Positions 18,456 to 27,218 of a DNA stretch of 64,000 nucleotides are shown piece by piece. The position numbers and the translations under genes were made by a program. Source of the stretch: Candidatus Saccharimonadales bacterium (GTDB lineage Bacteria > Patescibacteriota > Saccharimonadia > Saccharimonadales > EFPC-124); contig DATEFB010000004.1 in the NCBI GenBank assembly GCA_035280845.1, forward strand, positions 18,341-82,340. Reading direction: 5' to 3'. Position 1 is the first letter of the stretch; every line of letters starts with the position of its first letter. The notes under the pieces are model-generated. The model ran no database searches, was not told the origin of the DNA, and worked only from the letters and a program-made list of their open reading frames with translations.

Positions 18456-19566
18456 TTTTTTGTCTCCGCAGGATAGCAAGCGACTGCACGATTATATTGC
18501 CCACGTCGATGCAGGCATCGGGCACATGATTGGCTATCCGATGGCCATTGATTTTGATTACAGCGAGACTTACCCTTTGTTCGCCCACGAGCTCAACAAC
18601 ATCGGCGACCCTTACATTGATCCGACGCATATTGCCCACAGCAAAGAGATGGAGCGCGAGGTGGTGGAATTCTACGCTGATTTATTCAGGGCTCCTAAAA
18701 ACGATCGGTGGGGATACGTAACCGGTGGTGGTACCGAAGGAAACCTGTACGCGTTGTACACGGCGCGCGAAGCCTTGCCCGACGCCATTACGGTATATTC
18801 GGCGGCTGCGCACTACAGCGTCGAGAAAGCAATCCATATGCTGCGCATGCCCAGCATTAAAATTGACACCCAGCCGAGCGGCGAAATAGATTACCAAAAA
18901 CTTGAACACGCGTTGGGCAATTATCCCAATAGGGCGGTCATTATGGTTGCAAACATCGGCACAACAATGACCGAGGCAAAAGATAACGTGCAGACAATTC
19001 GAAATATATTAGCGGCCCAGAAAGTGCTTCACCATTACATCCATAGTGACGCGGCTTTCGCCGGCATCTACACGTCGCTCATCCGGCCCCGCCATCCATT
19101 CGACTTTGCGGATGGCGCCGACAGCGTGTCTATTAGTGGCCATAAGTTTATTGGCTCACCTATTCCTTGTGGTGTGATTGTGACCCGGAAAAGCCACCAC
19201 GATTCCCTGAACCGTACTATAGAATACACAGGCTCCCCGGACGCGACAATTAGTGGGTCGCGCGATGGCCATACGGCTGTCATGATGTGGTATGCCATAA
19301 AACGCTGGGGTGTAGAGGGCTTTCGCAAGCGGGCGCAGGAAAGCATTGCGCTCGCTGACTACACCCAAGAGCGTCTGATGGACATTGGCTATAGCGTGCT
19401 TCGTAATCCAAATACGCTCACGATATCTTTTGAAACGCCGCCCGAAACAATCCGAAAAAAATGGCAGCTCGCGACCGAACACGGGTGGAGCCATATTATT
19501 TGCTCGCCTGGAATGACCCGGCAACAGATTGATGACTTGGTCCGGGATCTTACGGCGCCTGTGTAA
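18448..19566 (+). CDS. PLP-dependent group II decarboxylase, histidine-decarboxylase-like
   Basis: Collinear with enterobacterial HdcA: GYPMAIDFDY, WGYVTGGGTEGNLYA, ANIGTTM, SISGHKFIGSPIPCGVIVTRK (PLP lysine), ISGSRDGH. ATG 18448 overlaps the upstream stop (ATGTCTAG). Confidence 0.85.
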   Translation: MSSFLSPQDSKRLHDYIAHVDAGIGHMIGYPMAIDFDYSETYPLFAHELNNIGDPYIDPTHIAHSKEMEREVVEFYADLFRAPKNDRWGYVTGGGTEGNLYALYTAREALPDAITVYSAAAHYSVEKAIHMLRMPSIKIDTQPSGEIDYQKLEHALGNYPNRAVIMVANIGTTMTEAKDNVQTIRNILAAQKVLHHYIHSDAAFAGIYTSLIRPRHPFDFADGADSVSISGHKFIGSPIPCGVIVTRKSHHDSLNRTIEYTGSPDATISGSRDGHTAVMMWYAIKRWGVEGFRKRAQESIALADYTQERLMDIGYSVLRNPNTLTISFETPPETIRKKWQLATEHGWSHIICSPGMTRQQIDDLVRDLTAPV

Positions 19567-19583
19567 GATGGTACTATCAAGCT

Positions 19584-20150
19584 ATGAATACTCCGCACCC
19601 GACCTTTTTTGCAACGCAGTCCGACTTTAGGCAGTGGCTCCAGGCAAACCACGCCAGCGCCACCGAGCTGCTCGTTGGTTTTTACAAGACAACTAGCGGC
19701 AAGCCAAGCATGACCTGGCCGGAATCTGTTGACCAGGCGTTCTGTTTTGGTTGGATCGACGGTGTCCGCAAGTCTATCGACGAAGCCAGTTACAGTATTC
19801 GTTTTACACCCAGAAAACCCACGAGCATTTGGAGCGCGGTTAACATTGCAAAAGTTGAGCACCTGACCAACCAGGGCTTAATGCAGGCTGCCGGCCTTGC
19901 GGCTTTCTCGCTCCGCAAAGAAGAAAAATCAAAGATCTATAGTTTCGAGAACGAAGCCATGCAACTAAGCAGTGCCTTCGAGGCAACCTTTAAGGCTGAT
20001 CCAGCAGCCTGGGGCTTCTTTACGGCGCAAGCACCCTGGTACCAAAAATCCACCATTCACTGGATCATGACCGCCAAGCAGGAAGCGACGCGACTATCCC
20101 GGCTCCAGAAAACAATTGTCGCAAGCCATTCTCAGAAAAGACTCGCCTAA
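19584..20150 (+). CDS. YdeI/OmpD-associated family protein
   Basis: 188 aa: FRQWLQANH, FGWIDGVRKSIDEASYSIRFTPRKPTSIWSAVNIAKVE. Confidence 0.75.
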   Translation: MNTPHPTFFATQSDFRQWLQANHASATELLVGFYKTTSGKPSMTWPESVDQAFCFGWIDGVRKSIDEASYSIRFTPRKPTSIWSAVNIAKVEHLTNQGLMQAAGLAAFSLRKEEKSKIYSFENEAMQLSSAFEATFKADPAAWGFFTAQAPWYQKSTIHWIMTAKQEATRLSRLQKTIVASHSQKRLA

Positions 20151-20327
20151 GCCTGCATTGTGTGGTTAAATGCCAGTAAAGTGGTCGTCCTCACTACCAC
20201 CATGCGCCACTCATTCGGCGAACATCATGGACGGACGCAATGACCGCTAAGAATGAGTAGGCCCGCGCTACTCAAGGATGTCGTCGAACCTGTGTAGCAC
20301 AGGCCCTCATAATTAATAAGGGACACT

Positions 20328-20507
20328 ATGGCACATCAGCACAAAAGCCCGCAGGAGCAAGATAGCTTCTGGTACGAGAACAGCCTGAAGCACTGGCGCC
20401 GCTATGGCTCATGGTTCAGCTGGGGCAGCCCGGTGGGACTTGGCCTGTTCTGTATTTCAGTAGCGGTAACGCTCTGGATTCTGAGCAAGGCCTTTGGCTG
20501 GAGTTAA
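20328..20507 (+). CDS. Possible 59-aa membrane peptide (below ORF-track cutoff)
   Basis: ATG 20328 to TAA 20505-20507 (MAHQHKSPQEQDSFWYENSLKHWRRYGSWFSWGSPVGLGLFCISVAVTLWILSKAFGWS), with one C-terminal TM helix. A perfect terminator hairpin follows directly. Confidence 0.35.
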   Translation: MAHQHKSPQEQDSFWYENSLKHWRRYGSWFSWGSPVGLGLFCISVAVTLWILSKAFGWS

Positions 20508-20520
20508 CCTCCAACCATCG

Positions 20521-20551
20521 AAACGGCACCGTCATTTGGCGGTGCCGTTTT
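20521..20551. terminator. Intrinsic terminator between convergent genes
   Basis: Perfect 11-bp stem aaacggcaccg / cggtgccgttt with an 8-nt loop. The A/T runs are included in the arms, so it is usable on both strands. Confidence 0.6.
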
Positions 20552-20563
20552 ACGTGGGTGTCG

Positions 20564-21766
20564 TTAGTCGGCAGCCTGCTCTTTAAAATCCTTGGCTGTT
20601 GCCGTTTTAATAAGCAGTGCTGCAATAATGGCGGCCGATATCAGGACCATCCAGCCTCCTCTAAATACGCCAAGCGAATCGGTAATCCACCCGAACAACA
20701 GCGAGAACGGCACGAACGCCATCCACGCGAACGCGCTGACACCAGAGGCTACGCCGCTGCGGATTTTAGAAGGAATCTCGTCGTGCATGAGCCGTGTAAA
20801 GAGTACACTTATTACAATAACAAGGGTGATAATAACAATCTGGGCCGCCGAGACAACCAGCGCGTCCCGCACAAAAACCATCGCCAGACTGCTTAGCAGG
20901 AGCGCGGCAATAACCAACCCCAGCTGTAGTGGCTTGTGAAACTTAATTCTTCCGGCAAGCAGACCGCCAAAACCAAGCGCCGCAGTAAGCCCACCAAAGG
21001 CAAGCCCGTACAGTGCTGTTGACGTATTAAGCTCAACCAACCATAGCTGGCCAAACTCCAGCAGGACCTGCACCAGCATAGAGGTAAGCACGAGGATTGC
21101 TACAATTGGCAGGCTTTTGCCTCTCTTAAGGATTGTTTTGTAAGTAACGGCTATTTGAGAAGTGAATGATTCAGCAACTTTGCTTTTATGCAGCTGCGGT
21201 TCTTTAAACTTCCAAAGCGCCCAAACAGAAATAGCTACTGCTGGGATGGTCGCAAAGAACGTTGCCCGTGGCGACAGGGCGGTAGCAATAAGCCCGCCGG
21301 TGATTGCCGCGATAAGCCCGCCGATGCTACTGAATAGCCGGACTTTGCCGATGCTTTTCTCGAATGACTTGCTGTCTTTTTCTTCTTCGAGCACCGTGTC
21401 GTATACTACCGACTCGAACGTGCCCGATGCTAGCGCAAAGAAAATGCCTAAAATCAGCGCGCTGACAAAATAGGCTGGCACGCCGTAGCTTAAGCCGCCA
21501 ACCAACGCGCTTGCAATTGAGGCTACACTTGCAATAATAAGTACGTTTTTGCGGCTCCAGCGGTCAGCCAAAATACCCGAAGGGATTTCTATGAGCGGTA
21601 CAAACACGGCGTATACGGCGGCCATCAGGCCAATGGCTGCGGCATCGAAGCCAATTTCGGTCATAAAAAGTTTTTCGGTAGCGACCCAGAACGTCATCCA
21701 CTGAAAAAATGAAGCCACATATAATGGCAAGAGTCTTCGCTGCACACGGCTGCTAAATAATTTCAT
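20564..21766 (-). CDS. MFS transporter
   Basis: 400 aa, 12 hydrophobic segments, MFS loop motif GILADRWSRK. Confidence 0.85.
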   Translation of the reverse strand: MKLFSSRVQRRLLPLYVASFFQWMTFWVATEKLFMTEIGFDAAAIGLMAAVYAVFVPLIEIPSGILADRWSRKNVLIIASVASIASALVGGLSYGVPAYFVSALILGIFFALASGTFESVVYDTVLEEEKDSKSFEKSIGKVRLFSSIGGLIAAITGGLIATALSPRATFFATIPAVAISVWALWKFKEPQLHKSKVAESFTSQIAVTYKTILKRGKSLPIVAILVLTSMLVQVLLEFGQLWLVELNTSTALYGLAFGGLTAALGFGGLLAGRIKFHKPLQLGLVIAALLLSSLAMVFVRDALVVSAAQIVIITLVIVISVLFTRLMHDEIPSKIRSGVASGVSAFAWMAFVPFSLLFGWITDSLGVFRGGWMVLISAAIIAALLIKTATAKDFKEQAAD

Positions 21767-21877
21767 AATTTCAAACTGGACCTCTTTTATGCGGTTGTCA
21801 TGGCCAGTATAGCAGTTTGTGCGTTACCTTTTGGACTGGCGTGTAGTAAAAATCAGCACAATAATATTATTGACCAT

Positions 21878-21923
21878 ACGCTATATCGCGTACTATTATG
21901 AACATAAGCGCTATATATGGTGT
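21878..21923. promoter_or_regulatory. Putative tandem NrdR boxes
   Basis: acgctatatcgcgtac (21878-21893) and gcgctatatatggtgt (21908-21923), 30 bp apart. The second matches 13/16 positions of an acacTATATATagtgt-type NrdR palindrome. Located upstream of the nrd operon. Confidence 0.45.
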
Positions 21924-21964
21924 GAACAGCAGCATCATAGCGCCAGAGATATCGGGCTTCAGAA

Positions 21965-22078
21965 CCCGGGTAGCATCACGCTAGTATAGGGGAATGTGGT
22001 GAAAGTCCACGCTATGCCGTATCTGTGAAGCCGAATGCCTGCCTGTCAGTCATATCGGATAAGCCAGCCTGCCTATTA
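21965..22078 (+). promoter_or_regulatory. Cobalamin (AdoCbl) riboswitch-like leader
   Basis: The core tAGGGGAAtgtGGTGAAAGTCCacGCtatgCCGtatCTGTgAAG ... GTCAGTCA ... AAGCCAGCCTGCC follows the conserved cobalamin-riboswitch layout (GGGAA/GGTGAAA.TCC/..CTGT.A/..AGCCAG..CCTGCC). Confidence 0.6.
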
Positions 22079-22139
22079 TCGTCAATTCTTCGAGCAAGGA
22101 GCCTGGCGTTTAGTAGCAACATCTAAGCAGACACTCCAT

Positions 22140-22161
22140 CCACCTCGAAGGTGGCCTTTTT
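22140..22161 (+). terminator. Leader terminator (candidate riboswitch expression platform)
   Basis: ccacc-tcgaa-ggtgg followed by ccttttt, about 60 nt after the riboswitch-like core and 200 nt before nrdB. Confidence 0.5.
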
Positions 22162-22232
22162 AATACCAACTAAGTAGGTTTTGGTAAGAAAACCAAAAGC
22201 CTTGTTTGCCAGTACAAAAAATCAGGAGGGGT

Positions 22233-22349
22233 ATGACTCATCGCACTGGCTTCTCGCCGCGGCGTAAGACATCGCCAACCAATAGCGAACTCATGGGAAT
22301 GAGTGTCTTGCTGGCGGGTATTGTTGCCGTCGGCATAATCATCAAATAA
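22233..22349 (+). CDS. Possible 38-aa leader/membrane peptide
   Basis: ATG 22233 is preceded by aGGAGGggt. [38 protein letters not shown] ends at TAA 22347-22349, 17 nt before nrdB. Confidence 0.3.
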   Translation: MTHRTGFSPRRKTSPTNSELMGMSVLLAGIVAVGIIIK

Positions 22350-22366
22350 AAAATCACGGAGGAATC

Positions 22367-23359
22367 ATGACCGAAAAAATGTCACAAAACGAACCGCTTT
22401 TAACTGAAAACGAAAACCGCTACGTGCTGTTCCCGATTGAGAAAGCCGATATTTGGCAGTGGTACAAAAAGCACGAAGCGTGCTTCTGGACGACCGAAGA
22501 AGTTGACTTGTCGAGCGACCAAAATGACTGGGACAAAAAGCTTAATGACGACGAGCGCCACTTTATTAAGCACGTCCTCGCCTTTTTTGCCGCCAGCGAC
22601 GGCATTGTAAACGAGAACCTGGCAGAGAACTTTATAAACGAAGTGCAATATACCGAAGCTAAATTCTTTTACGGTTTTCAAATTATGATGGAAAACATCC
22701 ATTCCGAAACATACTCGTTGCTGATTGATACCTACATTAAAGACGACGCCGAAAAGAAGAAGCTGTTCCGGGCGATCGAGAATTTTCCAGCTATTAAAAA
22801 GAAAGCCGAATGGGCAATTAAGTGGATTGGCTCACCAAATTTTCAGGAGCGTCTTATTGCCTTTGCGGCGGTAGAAGGTATCTTTTTCTCGGGCAGTTTT
22901 TGCGCGATTTTTTGGCTGAAGAAACGCGGCCTTATGCCTGGCCTCACCTTTAGCAATGAGCTTATTTCGCGCGATGAAGGTATCCACCGTGACTTCGCCT
23001 GCCTGCTCCACAATAACCACATCATCAACAAGGTGCCTAAAGAGCGCATTAAGGAAATTCTTGCCAGTGCACTCGAGATTGAGCGCGAGTTTATTACCGA
23101 GGCGCTCCCCTCTCGCCTGATTGGCATGAACGACAAGCTTATGGCCGAATACCTTGAGTTTGTAACCGACCACCTGCTGGTGTCGCTGGGCTGCCCCAAG
23201 GCGTACAACACAAAAAACCCGTTCGATTTTATGGAGATGATCTCGCTGCCTGGCAAGACCAACTTTTTTGAAAAGCGCGTTGGCGAATACCAAAAAAGCG
23301 GCGTCATGGGCTCGGCAAAAGAAGAGAAAAAAGACATTAGTTTTGACACGGATTTTTAA
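22367..23359 (+). CDS. nrdB: Ribonucleoside-diphosphate reductase small subunit (class Ia R2, eukaryote-like)
   Basis: 330 aa with di-iron/tyrosyl regions [43 protein letters not shown] and the C-terminal tail ISFDTDF. Confidence 0.95.
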   Translation: MTEKMSQNEPLLTENENRYVLFPIEKADIWQWYKKHEACFWTTEEVDLSSDQNDWDKKLNDDERHFIKHVLAFFAASDGIVNENLAENFINEVQYTEAKFFYGFQIMMENIHSETYSLLIDTYIKDDAEKKKLFRAIENFPAIKKKAEWAIKWIGSPNFQERLIAFAAVEGIFFSGSFCAIFWLKKRGLMPGLTFSNELISRDEGIHRDFACLLHNNHIINKVPKERIKEILASALEIEREFITEALPSRLIGMNDKLMAEYLEFVTDHLLVSLGCPKAYNTKNPFDFMEMISLPGKTNFFEKRVGEYQKSGVMGSAKEEKKDISFDTDF

Positions 23360-23376
23360 TAAAAAGGAACCATAGT

Positions 23377-25743
23377 ATGACAATGCATGTTATTACGCGG
23401 AGCGGCAAAGAAGAGGCAATGAGCTTCGATACCATAACCAGGCACATCACAAAACTGAGCAAAGGGCTCGACGCGCACGTTGACCCGGCAAAGGTCGCCC
23501 AGCAGACAATCGAGGGCTTGCGCAGCGGCATGACAACACAGGAGATCGACGACCTGGCGGCAGAAGTCGCCGCCACCATGGCGGCAAACCATCCAGACTA
23601 CGGCATGCTGGGTGCCCGTATTGCGGTGGCAAGCCTGCACAAACGCACAAAAGATAGCTTCGCAGAAGTGGTTGAAGCGCTTCATGCCTACATTAATCCA
23701 AAGACCGGCCAGCCAGGTCCGCTGATTGCCGATGACGTATACAAAACGATCAAAAAACACGCTACAAAAATAGAAGCCACCATCGATTATAGCCGCGACT
23801 TCACCTACGATTTCTTTGGCTACAAAACGCTGGAGCGCTCATACCTTTTAAAGATAAATGGCGAGATTGCCGAGCGCCCGCAGCATATGCTCATGCGCGT
23901 TTCGGTTGGTATTCATGGCGACGATATTGACGCCGCCCTCGAAACCTACGACATGATGAGCCGTAAACTCTTTACGCATGCCACCCCTACCCTCTTTCAG
24001 GCTGGTACTCCAAAGCCGCAGATGTCTTCATGCTTTTTGGTGACCGTTAAAGAAGACAGCATCGCTGGCATTTACGAGACACTCCGTGACACTGCGCTTA
24101 TTTCGCAGTCGGCTGGCGGCGTGGGTATGAGCGTGCATACTATTCGGGCAACCGGCTCGTACATCCGCGGCACAAACGGTGTTTCTAATGGGCTGGTACC
24201 AATGCTAAAAGTGTATAACGATACCGCCCGGTACGTTGACCAAGGCGGCAACAAACGCAAAGGCGCCTTTGCCGTGTACTTAGAGCCATGGCATGCCGAC
24301 ATCTTTGAGTTCCTCGACCTTAAAAAGAACCACGGTAAAGAGGAATTGCGCGCCCGGGACTTATTTTACGCACTCTGGATTCCTGACCTATTTATGAGGC
24401 GCGTCGAAGCGGGTGAAGATTGGACACTGATGGACCCTAACGAATGCCCTGGCCTTGCCGACGTGCATAGTGAAGCATTCGAAGCACTGTATGCAAAGTA
24501 CGAAGCCGCCGGAAAAGGCACGCGCACCGTTCCTGCCCGGGATTTATGGACTAAGATACTCGAATCACAAATCGAAACCGGCACGCCATATATGCTGTAC
24601 AAGGATCATGCGAATAGCAAGTCCAACCAGAGTAATTTGGGTACGATTCGCTCTTCCAACCTTTGCACCGAGATTATTGAATACTCCGCGCCAGACGAAA
24701 TTGCGGTGTGTAACTTGGCGTCTATTGCTCTGCCGCAGTGCGTCGAAGACGGTGCCTTTAACCACAGGAAACTTTACGAGATCACAAAAAAAGTGGTGCG
24801 TAACCTTAACGCCGTCATTGACCGCAACTACTACCCTGTCCCGGAGGCTAGGAATTCTAATATGCGGCACCGGCCGGTGGGCCTTGGTATTCAGGGTCTG
24901 GCGGACGCATTTGTTATGTTGCGACTGCCATTTACGTCTGACGCGGCCAAACAGCTCAACAAAGATATTTTCGAGACGATGTATTTTGCGGCGTTGGAAT
25001 CTTCTATGGAAATTGCCCAAAAGGAGGGCGCGTATAAAACGTTCAAGGGCTCGCCGCTCGACAAGGGCTTTTTTCAGTGGGAATTCTGGGGTGTCACCGA
25101 AGAACAGCTATCTGGCCGGTGGGACTGGCAGCGACTTGCTGCGGACATTACGGCTCATGGCGTCAGGAATTCGCTGCTTATTGCGCCAATGCCCACGGCG
25201 TCGACATCGCAAATACTTGGCAATAATGAGTGCTTCGAACCATTCACCTCGAACATCTACGTGCGGCGGGTGCTCGCCGGTGAATTTGTTGTGGCGAACA
25301 AACACCTCATTAAAGACCTGGCCGAACGCGGTCTGTGGAATGAAACGATAAAAAACCAGCTCATCCGCGATAACGGTTCAGTGCAACACATCGCCGAGAT
25401 TCCAGACGAGCTGAAGGAGTTGTATAAGACCGTGTGGGAGATGTCTATGAAGGACATTATTGACATGGCGGCTGACCGCGGTGCGTTTATTGACCAGTCC
25501 CAATCGCTCAATATGTTTATTGGAGAGCCCAACTTTGGCAAGCTGACCTCTATGCACTTTTATGCTTGGAAGAAAGGGCTTAAGACGGGTATGTATTATT
25601 TGCGGACACAGCCCGCCGCGCAGGCAATTAAGTTTACGGTCGCGCAGGAGGCGGTCGCCGCGCCCCAAACACCAGTCGACTTTAACGTGCATATTCCGGA
25701 AGTTGCCGCCGAAGAAGATGGGTGCGTATCGTGCGGCAGTTAA
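23377..25743 (+). CDS. nrdA: Ribonucleoside-diphosphate reductase large subunit (class Ia R1 with ATP-cone)
   Basis: 788 aa: N-terminal ATP-cone ([20 protein letters not shown]), SSCFL, active site [26 protein letters not shown], and a C-terminal redox tail CVSCGS. Confidence 0.95.
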   Translation: MTMHVITRSGKEEAMSFDTITRHITKLSKGLDAHVDPAKVAQQTIEGLRSGMTTQEIDDLAAEVAATMAANHPDYGMLGARIAVASLHKRTKDSFAEVVEALHAYINPKTGQPGPLIADDVYKTIKKHATKIEATIDYSRDFTYDFFGYKTLERSYLLKINGEIAERPQHMLMRVSVGIHGDDIDAALETYDMMSRKLFTHATPTLFQAGTPKPQMSSCFLVTVKEDSIAGIYETLRDTALISQSAGGVGMSVHTIRATGSYIRGTNGVSNGLVPMLKVYNDTARYVDQGGNKRKGAFAVYLEPWHADIFEFLDLKKNHGKEELRARDLFYALWIPDLFMRRVEAGEDWTLMDPNECPGLADVHSEAFEALYAKYEAAGKGTRTVPARDLWTKILESQIETGTPYMLYKDHANSKSNQSNLGTIRSSNLCTEIIEYSAPDEIAVCNLASIALPQCVEDGAFNHRKLYEITKKVVRNLNAVIDRNYYPVPEARNSNMRHRPVGLGIQGLADAFVMLRLPFTSDAAKQLNKDIFETMYFAALESSMEIAQKEGAYKTFKGSPLDKGFFQWEFWGVTEEQLSGRWDWQRLAADITAHGVRNSLLIAPMPTASTSQILGNNECFEPFTSNIYVRRVLAGEFVVANKHLIKDLAERGLWNETIKNQLIRDNGSVQHIAEIPDELKELYKTVWEMSMKDIIDMAADRGAFIDQSQSLNMFIGEPNFGKLTSMHFYAWKKGLKTGMYYLRTQPAAQAIKFTVAQEAVAAPQTPVDFNVHIPEVAAEEDGCVSCGS

Positions 25744-25755
25744 AATGGAGGCTGT

Positions 25756-26007
25756 ATGCCTAAAAAAATTACCATCTACACCAGAACAACCTGCCAGTAC
25801 TGTGACAAGGTAAAAAAGTATCTAACTTCCAAGGGCTATGCCTATGAAGCGATTAATCTTGATGACGAACCGAAGCGGCAACAGGAGGCGCTTACATTAA
25901 GCGGGTCGCTTACAGTTCCCGTGACGGTCGTTGAACAGACCGACAATACAAAGTCGGTCGTGGTCGGATTTAACCTGCAACGGCTTGTGCCTGTGCTGAC
26001 ACGCTAG
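25756..26007 (+). CDS. Glutaredoxin/NrdH-like small redoxin
   Basis: 83 aa: KITIYTRTTCQYCDKVKKYL (CxxC), TVPV motif. Immediately downstream of nrdA. Confidence 0.8.
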   Translation: MPKKITIYTRTTCQYCDKVKKYLTSKGYAYEAINLDDEPKRQQEALTLSGSLTVPVTVVEQTDNTKSVVVGFNLQRLVPVLTR

Positions 26008-26077
26008 CTATCGGTTTCCACAAAGTCGCGCAGGGCGACCAGTCGCGTATCCCACTGCGCTTGCTCGCTACAACCGA

Positions 26078-26625
26078 CTAATTGTCCTGAGGCTCTACCG
26101 AGCACGCAAACGTACCGTCGCTGGTGACGATTCGCAGGTAGTCGCTCGTATCCAAAAGTATAGACTTCTCGAAGTCAGCAGCATTAAAACCAATCCTTGC
26201 ATGATGCACCAATGACTCGTCAATAAAGGTGAAAGCCACGCCTGGGAAAATCGGCCGTCCAAAGGGCGGCATTTTCCCTGGCTGCATGCCGCGGGCCTGG
26301 TGCTCCATTTCTTCAGGTGTAGCGAATCTGAACCCTCGGCATCCTGGTACTCTCGCCTTCAGTTCCTGCTTGACCGCCTTGGAATCGAGCTTATTAAAAC
26401 CCGGCAGGATAATGACTGCGAATGCAGGGCTGTCTTTTATGTCGATCTTTATAAGCAAAGCCTTCGCGCCCGTTACGCGTTCGCCCGAGGCCTTATAGCG
26501 AGCCTCCATGCTTTCTCGCTCGTTTTGCTCTGAGGGTGGCTGAATAGCTTCGCCGAAGGAGCCTCTTTTAACACAAAATAAACAAGTTCTTGGTGTACCT
26601 GGGTAGAATCCAAATTGTTCTTCAT
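26078..26625 (-). pseudogene. YbaK/ProX-type aminoacyl-tRNA deacylase, apparently split by a 1-nt frameshift
   Basis: The C-terminal 143-aa ORF (26078-26509) carries the YbaK domain (GAKALLIK..., PGKMPPFG). The expected N-terminus (MKNNLDSTQVHQELVYFVLKEAPSAKLFSHP) is in another frame (track ORF 26473-26697). The frames join at the GGG/CCC run at 26534-26536. Confidence 0.5.
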
Positions 26626-26738
26626 TGCTTTAGAATATAGTCTTGACTGTCTTTTGTGCACAGTTTCTTGGATTATTTTAACCAAATACTGAGACATATC
26701 TCACAGACACTCTGGTATGCTGATCGCACAATTAAACC

Positions 26739-27152
26739 ATGAAACAAATCAATATTTGGGCACTTCTGGCTGCGAGCGTTCTTAGCTATGCGGTCAACTT
26801 TGTATGGTTCATGTTTATTTTTAGCGAGCCGTACTTGCAGGGACTGGGTAAAACAGACGAAGAGCTGGCGCTTGGGCCGAATGGTATTGAGGCGTCAATT
26901 ATGCAACTTGTGGGCAATGTGGTTATGGCCTTTGTTTTGAGCTGGCTAGCTGTAAGAATGGGTATGCAGACCGCCCTTCAGGGTGCCAAGCTCGGCGCTA
27001 TTGCATGGGTTGGTTTTGTGGCCGCCGTACTGGGGCCAATGTATGCTTTCCAGGCGTTCTCGCTTGCCTTCTTCCTGATTACGGCGGGTTCCGTGTTGTT
27101 AACTTTTGTGATTACTGGGGCAATTGTGGGCGGATGGCAGGCTAAAAAGTAA
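26739..27152 (+). CDS. DUF1761 membrane protein
   Basis: 137 aa, four helices, N-terminus MKQINIWALLAASVLSYAVNFVWF typical of DUF1761. Confidence 0.65.
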   Translation: MKQINIWALLAASVLSYAVNFVWFMFIFSEPYLQGLGKTDEELALGPNGIEASIMQLVGNVVMAFVLSWLAVRMGMQTALQGAKLGAIAWVGFVAAVLGPMYAFQAFSLAFFLITAGSVLLTFVITGAIVGGWQAKK

Positions 27153-27218
27153 AACGAGGCATTATAAGATATAATGTTTTCGGCATCCGTCCCATCCCTC
27201 AGATGAAAGAGGTTTGCG

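Noticed and set aside
17892-18479. 195-aa minus ORF and several other ORFs overlapping the TDO/PrnB-like gene.
   Set aside because: They lie inside a well-packed plus-strand operon, show no motifs, and sit in a relatively GC-rich region that generates spurious frames.
20151-20327. 177-bp spacer after the YdeI gene with a small hairpin (cctgtg-tagc-acagg), considered as a possible sRNA.
   Set aside because: It has no promoter/terminator pair, conserved structure or recognisable family. The evidence is insufficient.
24455-25351. 298-aa ORF in an alternative plus frame inside nrdA, plus antisense ORFs across nrdB and nrdA.
   Set aside because: nrdA and nrdB are unambiguous. The alternative frames are Arg/Ser/Cys/Leu-rich and show no sign of being conserved.
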